Origin: Eledone cirrhosa | Taxonomy: Eukaryota | NCBI GenBank assembly: GCA_964016885.1 | Contig: OZ024741.1 | Location: 275,714,001 to 275,778,000, forward strand | Reading direction: 5' to 3' | Length of the DNA: 64,000 nucleotides | Shown: positions 26,941-39,500 of the stretch, piece by piece | Layout of the letters: each line of letters begins with the position of its first letter | Position numbering within the stretch: position 1 is the stretch's first letter | The notes under the pieces: model-generated | What the model was told of the DNA's origin: nothing | What the model saw: the letters and a program-made list of their open reading frames with translations, nothing else | Databases searched by the model: none | Position numbers and translations under genes: made by a program

Positions 26941-29900
26941 CAACCCTAGTGCTGGACTGGTACTTTTTTTATTGACCTCAAAAAAGATGTGAGGCAAAGC
27001 TGACCTCAGTGGCTTTTGAATTCAGAGAGAACAGAAGAATTCCACAAAGAATTCTATCAAATGTTCTAATGACTCTGCCAATTCACTGCCTGTCTATAAA
27101 TAATATACATTATATACAATGACGTGTCAGGAAAAAATTTCTGGACAGTTTTTACCAGGAAAATCAACTGGCAAGAGACCCAGGGGTAGACTCCGAGCAA
27201 GATGGTTGGATAACATCCATGAGCTTGACTGGTCTCGCTTGGGGATCCAGCCAGATCAATTGGAGACTGTTGCTTTTGACATGATCTGCAGAAGGAGAGT
27301 TTGAGGACTCTGTCCCCTACCCCCATACTCCTCTCAGGAATAAGTGGGAGAAGAAGAAGAATATGATGTGTATATGTTTGCATCATCATTTTATGTGCAC
27401 TTGGTGTTAGGAAGGGCATCCAGCCGTAGAAAACCTGCCAGATAGTCCTATATGAGCAAGACACGGTCACCCGACCAATCTTGCCTCAAGTGGGACAACT
27501 CCCGTCTAACCCATGCTAGCGTGGAAGAAAGACGTTAAACGATGATGATGATGATTTCCATTCTGGCATGGGTGAGGCGGATTATCATAATCAGAATCAA
27601 TTTTTATTAGGGGTGAGTACCTTCCTGGGTAGACTGGAGAGTCATATTTCACTTGTAAGTTCCAGTTTTAGGAGTGTTTCTATGACTGGATGCTCTTCCT
27701 AACATCAACCACTTTATAGAGTGTATCGAGTGCATATTATCATGTTGGTGCCATGATAAAAAGCACCCAGTGCATTCTGTAAAATGGTTGGCATTAGAAT
27801 CCATGTCGAACAAAGGATTGAGAGGACTCTTTAGTTGTGTCAAGGACATGATAACTTCCCTAGAACTGATATTATAATAAAATGCACCCAGTACACTCTG
27901 TAAAGTGGATAATGACAGGAAGGGCATCCAGCTATAGAAACGAAGCTAAAAACAGAGCATTCAAACAAGATGTACTCACCTGATCTGTCTCACCTCATAA
28001 AGTGACAGCCTGTCCAACCCATTGTGAATGCAAGTGGCTTAGTGGTTGGAAAATTGGATTCACAATCACGAGGTTGTGAGTTCCAATTCTGGACTGGGCA
28101 ATGTGTTATGTACTTGAGCAAGACACTTTATTTCATGTTCTGCCAGGTGTTGCAACTGGTAGATAGTATCAGCAATGGAAACATTATTCCTTGGTCTGAT
28201 TTGATGAGTTCCACCTCACTTGGTAAGCAAATGAGGTCTGGGATCATTCAAAAGAAAAAGAGTCTAGTCCATGCAAATATGGAAAATAGATGTCAAACAG
28301 TGATGATGATGATATTGTCATTGTAAATATTACAAATAAGTAACCAACCAACCATTATTTCCATACACCGTACTTCATGTTTCTTCACAGCTGCTTCTTT
28401 CCAAAGAGTAAATATTTTGGCTGTTAGATTATCCCTGCAACAACAGTAACAAAGGTGGATCAACAACAATAACAAATGTGGCTCAACAACAATAACAAAG
28501 GTGAATCAACAACAGTAACAAATGTGAATCAACAACAGTAACAAAGGAGGCTCAACAACAGTAACAAAGGTGCATCAACAACAATATCAAAGGTGAATCA
28601 ACAGCAGTAACAAATGTGAATCAACAACAATAACAAAGGTGGATCAGCAACAATAACAAACGTGGATCAGCAACAATAACAAAGGTGGATCAGCAACAGT
28701 TACAAAGGTGGATCAACCACAGTAATAAAGGTGGATCAACAACAGTAACAAAGGTGGATCAACAACAGTAACAAAGGTGGATCAACAACAGTAACAAAGG
28801 TGGATCAACAACAGTAACAAAGGTGGATCAACCACAGTAATAAAGGTGGATCAACAACAGTAACAAAGGTGGATCAACAACAGTAACAAATGTGGATCAA
28901 CAACAGTAACAAAGGTGGATCAACAACAGTAACAAAGGTGGATCAACAACAGTAACAAATGTGGATCAACAACAGTAACAAAGGTGGATCAACAACAGTA
29001 ACAAAGGTGGATCAACAACAGTAACAAAGGTGGATCAACAACAGTAACAAAGGTGGATCAACAACAGTAACAAATGTGGATCAACAACAGTAACAAATGT
29101 GGATCAACAACAGTAACAAATGTGGATCAACAACAGTAACAAAGGTGGATCAACAACAGTAACAAAGGTGGATCAACAACAGTAACAAATGTGGATCAAC
29201 AACAGTAACAAAGGTGGATCAACAACAGTAACAAAGGTGGATCAACAACAGTAACAAATGTGGATCAACAACAGTAACAAAGGTGGATCAACAACAGTAA
29301 CAAAGGTGGATCAACAACAGTAACAAAGGTGGATCAACAACAGTAACAAATGTGGATCAACAACAGTAACAAATGTGGATCAACAACAGTAACAAAGTGG
29401 ATCAACAACAGTAACAAAGTGGATCAACAACAGTAACAAAGTGGATCAACAGTAACAAAGGTGGATCAACAACAGTAACAAATGTGGATCAACAACAGTA
29501 ACAAAGGTGGATCAACAACAGTAACAAAGGTGGATCAACAACAGTAACAAATGTGGATCAACAACAGTAACAAAGTGGATCAACAACAGTAACAAAGGTG
29601 GATCAACAACAGTAACAAAGGTGGATCAACAACAATAACAAAGGATCTTCCAATAAAAGAGGGTTTGCTAGAAGAATATTGTATTAAATGCATAAATATG
29701 CCAAACAAAGGGTTGAGAGGACCCTTGAGTTCTGCCGAAAGCACAATAATCACTCTAGCTAGTGTTGGTGACCTACACAATCAAGCACCCAGTACACTCT
29801 GTAAAGTCGTAGGTGATAGGAGGGACATCAAGCTGTCAGAAAGCTTGTCAAACAAAGAGTTGGGAGGACTTTTCAGTTGTGCTGAAAGCATAACCTCTCT

Positions 29901-32900
29901 AACTAGTGTTGGTGACTTACACAATCAAGGCACCCAGTACACTCTGTAAAGCCGTTGGTGATGGCATCCAGCTGTAAGTAAGCTTGCCAAACAAAGTGTT
30001 TGGAGGACTCTTCAGTTGTGTTAAAGACACAACAGCCTCCTTTATTATTAGTTCCAAAGCTGCTGCTCAAACTAATAATCTTACTATTTCTTCTGTTACC
30101 TTCCTACATTGTAGTCTACCTGAGCATTTTCATTATTATTATTTGTGTGTTGCATTTTCCTCGTGATTTATTGAGTTTTACTGCCCCATGTCATTATGTA
30201 CATTCTTTGTCTTTTTTCCTTGTCTATTGGATCAAAAACACCTGATCTTTACTGTTGTTGTCTTGTCCAGTAGCCAATGTGTTTTCATCCCAAATAGCAC
30301 ATACTAACAACAGTGAAACAGTTTATATATATATTTGACAACAAAGTTACCTCCAGTATTCCTCAGCTTGTTCGTTCAAGGCTCGCTGGTGTTTCTGTTG
30401 GTCAACATACAACGTCCAGTAGTAAAACACCTTTGGTACAATGGTCACATAGAAGTGAGCCTTCGCTCTGCTACTCTGAGTCTGAAAAATATAATTTCTA
30501 ATTTAGGCACAAGGCCAACAATTTGGGGGAAGGAGGAGAAAGTCGATTATATTGGATTATATTGACCCCAGTTCTATACCAGTGTCATTGACTTGGCATT
30601 AAGGGGAGGGTCAACCACAGTAAAATAGTAATCAAAGGGGCTCATCGGTAAAAAAAAAAGGTTGAGAACCACTGATCTAAATGTTATACACAAAGTCTTG
30701 GTTGGAGATACAGACCTGACATTGAATTCTCCATGTTGTATAGTGGAACCAGGCATTAAAGAATTTCTGAAGAAGCTGATGTCTATGGAAGAAAAGAAGA
30801 AGGAAAACAGGAATAAAAATGCAATAATCAAAAAAGTTAAATGAAATGGACAGTCTCAGAAACCCCTACTAATGACCCTTTTTATAATCTTTTTAATGGT
30901 TGAGTAATCTAAAGATAGTACAACACTGAACCTGTGATCCTCTCGTTAATATATTCCTAATGAAAGACATTGCCTATAATGAAGAATTTGGAAGGATTTA
31001 ATCATATAACTAAATTTCTCATTATTAAGCTGGTGTTTGGTAGATAACTTAACAAAGGTTCTTACATAAAATTATACTGAAAGGTTTTTAGATAAATATG
31101 TACATTTTAACACTTTCGGTGCCACATTTCTACTAACTGTCTCACCATTTAGCTGGTGTTTGGAACATAACTTGACAAAGGTTCTTACATGAAATTATGA
31201 TGGAAGATTTTTAGATAAATATAATCACTGTAAAATAAAGTTTTGTATCACAGAATCATGGGTGGTTTCAAGTGATTTGGAACATAACTTAACAAAGGTT
31301 CTTACATAAAATTATGATGGAAGCATTTTAGATAAATATAATCACTGTAAAATAAAGTTTTGTATCACAGAATCAAGGGTGGTTTCAGGTGGTTTGGAAC
31401 ATAACTTAACAAAGGTTCTTACATAAAATTATGATGGAGGGTTTGTAGATAAATATAAACACTTTGAAATAAACAGTTTTATATTTTAGAAACAGGGGCA
31501 GTTTGATATCAAAAGTGTCAAGTCAGATTAACTAAAGGACACAGATTGTTTGTATTAAGATACCCAGCAAAGTACAAGGTAGAATATGAGGTAATAAGGG
31601 TGCAGGCAATACTGTGTGGTTAAGAAGTATCATTTCAAAACCATGAAATTTCAGGTTCACCCCCAAACCGCAACTTTGTGTGACACCTTGCTCAAGTGTT
31701 TCTTATAATAGCCTTTGATTAGCCAGGGCCTTGCAAGTGAAATTTGGTATATGGAAACTGCAGAAGCCTGTTATATATATATATAATAGTAGAACACTGG
31801 AGGGTTATATCCGTAGTAGTAGAGCACTCAGTCCATGGGACGAGTTTGGTAGAAGCAGTTCCACAACAGTTAGTTCACCATACCGAGAATAAATGTTTCA
31901 CCTTATGAGAATCCGCATAAGGTGAAACATTTGTTCTCGGTATGGTGAACTAACTGTTGTGGAACTACTTATATATATATACATAGATCGTCCCTAAAAA
32001 GTGTATACACACTTTGATTACCTTGTAGCAAGAGTTGCCTCCCTTGTTGTGACGATCACATCACCAATAGATTAACGCTTTCTAGACAGGAAGTAGCTGG
32101 AGTTACTTCCCGTTAGGGTGGCAGAACCCTTTTTGTCACTTCCGTCTTGAGACCCTATAAAAGGGATACTCAGAGCGATCTCTACCTCTCATTTGCCTTT
32201 CGGCTCCTGGCCTTCTAACCTGCCTGGCCCTTCGGCCAGGCGCGTTCGTCTGGCAACCCTAACATGGCCTCTTGCGAGCTAACTTCAAAACGGTAACAAA
32301 TAACTTTACTTCATTCTTTCATCTACTTTCATTGACTTGTCAACCATTCTGTTCTACATAATTTCAACTTGTTAATTAAACTTTATATACACAACTGAGT
32401 CTCCTGTTATATTCATACACACCAGTAAATTGTTATAACCTGTACAGGCAATATTTATTAGAATGCTGTTGAAGTATGTATACTTTTTGGGGGACACCCT
32501 GTATAGATATATATATATATGTGTGTGTGTGAGTGCGTGTGTGTGTGTATGTGTATGTAGAAAATATCTTAGGTGTGAAAAAAACTTAAACTCGTATAAA
32601 CACCTGAAGATTAGTCACAATTATGATCCCTCTTACAATCTGGAGATATGGTCAATATTGGACCTTGAAAGCTTAGGTAGCACTTTGGTTCTGTGTACGA
32701 ACATAAATAAATAATATATATATATATATTAATACACACACACATATATATGTGTGTATATGTATGTGTGTGTTTGTGACTGTTTGTATTTGTGTCTGTG
32801 TTTGTGTGTATATCCCGTAACTTAGCAGTTTGACAAAACAAAATCAATAAAATAAGCACTAGGGCTGCGGGGATCAATATTACCAACTACGCCCCCACCT

Positions 32901-35900
32901 TTTTTTTAAGGTGGTACCCCAACATGGCCGCAGTCTAACAACTGAAATAACCAGTTAAAGAATTTAAAAAAAGAGAACAACTAAAAATGAAAGTATCTCA
33001 CCGATAGAAGGATTGAGCTCTTTGAGTCAGTGGTAAAAGTTGTTGATCATATTTGAAGTCAAGCTTGTCAGACCAGCAGTTCCAAGACACCTTCAGCAAC
33101 TATAACAAGAACGACAATAATATTGATATTGATTTCTAATTTAGGCACAAAGGTCAGCAGTTAGGGACAAGGTGTAAGTTGATTACATCACTGCTACTTT
33201 ATTCCATCGACCCCAGAAGGATGAAAGGTAAAACAGACTTCAGCAGGATTTGAACTTAGAACATAAAAAAGATCTGTAACTAAAAGCCTCAAATATTGAT
33301 TTATAATTTAGGCACAAGGCCAGTAATTAGAGACAGCGTGTAAGTTGATTTCATCAACCTCGGTACATCACTGGTACTTTATTTTATCAAGCCCCAGAAG
33401 AATGAAAGGCAAAGTTGACCTCAGCAGGATTTTAAATCAGAATGTAAAGAACCGTAACTGTATGCTGCATAAGATTTGATGAAAATAATGGTTACTGATT
33501 TAGTCACAAGACCAGCAATTTTAGGGGAGGGGATAGTCGATTAAATCGACCCAGTATTTGACTGGTACTTTAATTTATCAACCCCAGAAGGATGAAAGGC
33601 AAAGTTGACCTCGGCAGGATTTGAACTTAGAATATAGAAACCTCCCAGCCCCACACTGTAAATGTGGTTGGTGTTAGGAAGGGCATCCAGCTGTAGAAAA
33701 CCCGCCAGACAGTCCTATGCGAGCAAGACGACCACTCTTGTCTCAAGTGGGAAAACCCCCGTCCAAACCCATGCAAGCGTGGAACACGGACGCTAAACCT
33801 TGATGATGATGATGATGATGTAACTAAATGCTGAAAATATTTTTCATTTCATTTCATTTGAGTTTGAGTCCATGCTCAGGCCAAGTCGAAGACTCCACCC
33901 TCAGAGTCTGGTGTGGTTGCCAGGTTGGATTCTCTGTTTAATTTTGACATGTGTGGGAGCGAGTTTGAGTCAGTTTGTGCTCGTTGTGTATATCCTGGGA
34001 GATGGAGTTCATCTCTAATGGTGCTTAAGTATCTATCCAGCTGCAATTTGAATGATTCCACACTGCATCCTGATAGATTTCTGACATGTACCGGAATGGA
34101 GTTGAATAGTTGTGCCCCACTAACCAACAGACTTGACTCTCGCAGGGTTTTTGCTGCCTGGCCAGCCCTTTTGTTGATTGGTGGTAGCTGGCAGCGTCTT
34201 CCGTGGCGCAGTGAGTGGTAGGTTTTGATACCAAAGTTTGGCACCTTTTGCTCTATCATTTTCCAAATGTATATAATTCGGTATCGCTCAAATCTTCTTT
34301 CTATTGAGTACATCTTCAAGGTTCTGAGTCTTTGCCAATAGTCCAGGTCCCTCGTTTCTGATAAGTATGAGGTAAAATTTCTTTGGAGCGATTCCATCTT
34401 AGATAGTTGGCCCTTTGTTGTTGGTGACCACAACTGAGAACAGTAGTCAATCCTCGGAAGTATCATACTGTTCCAGAGGGTTTTCATTGTTGAGGTATCT
34501 CTTGATTTGAAGGTGCGCAAGATCCACCCGCTGTACTTTCTTGCAGTAAGACAGACTGAGTCAAGGTGTTCTCTGAATTTTAGGCTGGTTTCCATGTGGA
34601 TGCCTAAATCTTTCACACACTGTTTTTCCATTATTTGTTGTCCTGATGGGTTTCTGTAGTTTGTTGTATTTTTCAGATCTTGATCTGTTCCGTAGCGAAT
34701 TAGTTCAAACTTCTTATCATTGAACAACATGTTGTTTGTTTCCTGCCATTTGTATATGGTGGTTAGGTCCTTTTGTAAGGCCTCTGTATCCACCTCGTCT
34801 TTGATTTGTCTCATGACCCTGGTGTCATCAGCAAAGGATGAGACGTTGCTGGTTGTATCTTCATCTATGTCAGAGATGAGGATGAGAAACAGGATCGGGC
34901 CGAGTACTGTACCCTGAGGAACACTGCTGGTCACAGGTGATGGTGTTGAATGGGTTCCATATTGATTTCCATATTGATTTTTAATTTAGGAACAAAACTA
35001 ACAACTTTTTCTTTGGTAGGTGGGGGGTGCATTTTGTCTGATATTCTGGTGATTCTACCAATCTGCCAACCTAACAACAGTGACAAGAACAATAATTTAG
35101 AAACCATGTAAAAAAAAAAGGGCTGAGAGGACTGATTCTTCTGTTGTGTCAAGGGCACAATATCCTCCCTAATGTTGGTAATCTACATGATAAATACACT
35201 CAATGTCCTGATGATTTCATATGAATGAAACAGTTCTAGTCCTGTACAAGTCATTTCTATATAAAATAAATATGCTTATTCCCTACTAACTTATTGTGGT
35301 TATTTGATGATCCCTTGCAGGTCACCATCTTTAATTATATATACATATATTTTCTTGATTTCTCATTCTATTTTCTGATGAAGGACTAACATTTGAAACT
35401 TTAAGACACTTTTCCTACTATATCAAGCGTAAAACTAATAATATATTTCTTCATTGTACTCTGTCATTTGCTTTGTTATTTCTGTTTGCCTTTTGCAATA
35501 TACATATATATATACACATACACATATAAATATATATATATATGTTTTTATGTATATATGTATGTGTGTGTGTGTGTGTTTATATTTGTGCTTGTTTATG
35601 TCCAGTAACATATTAGTTTGACAAAAAGAGATTGATTAATTAAGAAGTAGACCTGTCAAAAAGGAAAAGTAGTGAGGTTGATATGACAGACTAAAATCCC
35701 TTTAAAGTGGTACCCCAGATTGACTGCAGTCTAATTCCTGAAAGAGTAAATCTAGGTATCTAAACTATAATAAAGTAAGAAGCGCGGGACTGTGTACGGT
35801 TTATAATTTTTTATCCCCTTAGTAAAATAAGTTGGATTACTTTGAATAAATAATGAATGAATATTACATAATTTATCTACTAAATTTCGTGGCTATTCAT

Positions 35901-36492
35901 TAAATATATTTTATTACTTATTTAAAGATTCCCTTCTTTAAAATGTTCAAATGTCAACACTTCTGGTGGCGATCGCTTAAATAAACATTCATATATTTCT
36001 GTCACTAATTTTCTCCTAATGCAGTTTATATATAATATCATCATTTTTTAATGTATCATGGATTACGTTACTGATTACATAAGACAGTGTAACGCAGTCT
36101 TCGTTCAATTTCCGTGTATATTGTCAATTACGATTTTATTTGATGTATCATATCTACATGTATATATAGCTGCGTATAATATCAATATACACTACACATG
36201 CTAGCAGAAAACCACCCGAAGGGTGATTTTTCTGCTAGTTAAACTAATAATGATGAATGAACTAAAGATACCTTACCTGTCTCTTATAGATCTCTTCACA
36301 TAAAGTCCCCAAGATCTTCAAGCGTTTCTTCTGTTTCCAGTTGACATAGAATCCAGTCATTCCTTGTTTCTGGCAGAGGAACAACAATTAATTTCTATCA
36401 TGAGTGAGACAACGTTATTCTGTACACAGGTAGTCAGGAATGAATGCAAGTACAAATACACACACAAACACATGAATGTCTAAGTACTGCTG

Positions 36493-36523
<31 letters not shown>

Positions 36524-39500
36524 TATGTGTGTGAATGTGTGTGCGTGTGTGTAGAGAGATCGATCAACGTGAAGAGATCAACATTTAGAGATCAACATGT
36601 AAAGATCAAATGAAGAGATCAACATGTAGAGATCAATGTGAAGAGATCAACATGTAGAGATCAACATGAAGAGATTAACATGTAGAGATCAACATGAAGA
36701 GATCAACATGTAGAGATCAACATGTAGCGATCAACATGTAGAGATTAACATGTAGAGATCAACATGAAGAAATCAACATGTAAAGATTATTATGAAAAGA
36801 TTATCATGAAGGAGTAAGACACAGTCATCTGATCTGGCTTATCTCACAACGGGACAACTTGTCTAACCCACACTAGTGTGGGAAAATGGATGTTAAACAG
36901 TAATTATGATAATGAAATCAATATGTAAAAATCAACAGATTAATATTTAAAGATGAACATGTAAAGCTGAAGATTAACTCACCAGTAAATGTACTCGATG
37001 ATAGTTTTTTGCAACATAAAGTTGAGATCTCTTCTGTTGGCAAATATCAATATCTGAGAGGAACTGATTAAGGATTTATCAGTCTTTGTCAGTCTAATTT
37101 AACATTACTTACTTGGTATTTATTTTGACATTCACTGAAGATGGATTGAGCTGGCTTTAACCAAGGCACAAGCTCAAACTAGGTGATTTTAATAGGGTCG
37201 ATATGACGGACTAAATCCCTTCAAAGTGGTGCCCTAGCATGACCACAGTCCAATGACTGAAACCAGTAAATGAATAAAGCAACAAGACCATTATGGATGG
37301 ATCCCCTTTGACCATAGTTTTGCTTGATCAGAACTGACATGTCTTATTAACTTTGTACAGTCAAAGCTACCATTCCATAAAACACATTTTACTGGTCATG
37401 TTTAGCTCTTTAACATTCACATTACTCTATATTTACTATTGTATTTTCATGGTTAAGGCTTTATCTCACATAATATATCACATAGCATTTACATTACTCT
37501 ATATTTACTATTGTATTTTCATGGTAAAGGCTTTATCTCACATAACATTTACATTACTCTATAATTATCTCACATAATATCAAATCTATGAGATTTTGAT
37601 ATCATTTATTTTGAGAACAATACCTTAATGTTGGATGAGCAGCTGGTTACGACCAGTTTGATGAGAGGTGAGAGAATTTTGGCCATATATGGCCGGTTTA
37701 AATACTAAAGGGTTAAAAGGATACAAATTCTCCAGTGAAGCCATACAGTCCGCAACAAAGAACGATGTCGTAAATTCCTCAAGTAATCTTCATTGGCCCT
37801 AAGAGCACGATGAGCCCGAAGCTGATTAGTCCAAATCTGAAATGTCTGGCGGCATATATTCTCTTTGGAAATACTGACTGCAACAGCTAGAAAAAAAAAG
37901 TTTATAAGATTAAATATAGTCATATTTTTTTTCACAATAAAAACCACCAGGTTCGCACTGATAGATGGGGGTGCTGGTGACATGACAAAAACCAGTGACA
38001 TGACAAAAACCAGTCCAACCTGTCATGCTGGTGACAACAAAAAACACCTAGTCCACCCTTTAAGATGGTCTTGCTGGTGAAATGACAAAAAGCCCAGTTG
38101 ACCCTGGAAGGTGGCCGTGAGGTGACATGGAAAAAAACCACACAGTCCACCATGTTAGATGGCTGTTTTGGAGTCACAATAAAAACACCCATCCCACATT
38201 GTAATGTGGTTGGTGTTAGGGAGGGCATCTAGCTGTAGAAACCAATCCAAAATACAGTTCTGTGTGAGTAAGACATGGTCACCTGACCCAACTTGTTTCA
38301 TAATGTGACAACTCATCTAACCCATGGAAGACTGGCAAAATAGACAATAAATAATAATGATGGTGATGATGGTGATGGCAGTGGTGATGATGATAATCAT
38401 CATCATCGTTTAATGTCTATTTTCCATGTTAGCATGGATTAGATAGCTTTTCCCATTTGAGGCAAGCTAAGTCAGATGACCGTGTCTTACTCAAAATATA
38501 TCATCATCATCATCATTTTACGTCCACTTTTCCCTGCTTGCAAGGGTGGGACGGGAACTGGTTCTGGCTTGATTTCTACAGCTGGATGCCCTTCCTAGCA
38601 CCAACCTCATTTACAGTGTGGGCTGGGTGCTTTTTTTGCCGTGGCACCTCCACGACCACTTTGCAGTGGAATGATAGGGACCCCCAGTCCCTATCATTTC
38701 ATTTCTACAGCTGAGTAAACTGGAGCAATGTGAAATAAAGTGTCTTGCTCACGGAAACAACACATCACCCGGTCTGAGAATTGAACTAACAACCTTTTGA
38801 TTGCAAGCCCAATGCTCTAACCACTAAGCCATGTGCCTCCATTAAAGAGATATATATATATATATATATATCTTTTACCTGTTCCAGCCATCCGGCTGAG
38901 GCCATGCTGGGGCACATATATATAAAAAAGAAAATTTTGCTCTACATGGCTGAATACAGTAAATGTAATCTGAGTTTTTCGAATATTAATAATAACATTC
39001 AATTCGTTTTGAGGCTTGTTTGCATAATTGCAAACGAATCGAATGTTATTATTAATATTCGAAAAACTCAGATTACATTTATTATATATATATATATATA
39101 TAGATTAAATGTTAGAGAAAATAATACCAAATTCTTGAACAAATATATTTAATGGCTTATTTGTTTAAAAAATCATATCAAAATCCAGCACACACGGATG
39201 AAAATTATCGATTATATAATCGATAAGAGTAAATGATAATATAACGAAATAATTGTTTCTACTTTAGGCACAAGGCCAGCAATTACCCAGTACATTACTG
39301 GTACTTTATTTTATCGACCCTGTAAGGATGAAAAGCAAAGTTGACCTCGGCGGGATTTGAACTCAGAATAGAAAGGGCCGTAACTCTATGCGTCAAAGCA
39401 TGACGTCCGATCTTCTACCGATACTGCCAATCCACCGCCCAAATATAACGAAATAATTGTTTCTATTTTAGGCACAAGGCCGCAATTACCCAGTACATTA

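Noticed and set aside
25950-29642. CRISPR-like regular repeats
   Set aside because: Head-to-tail units without unique spacers, no cas genes, eukaryotic context.
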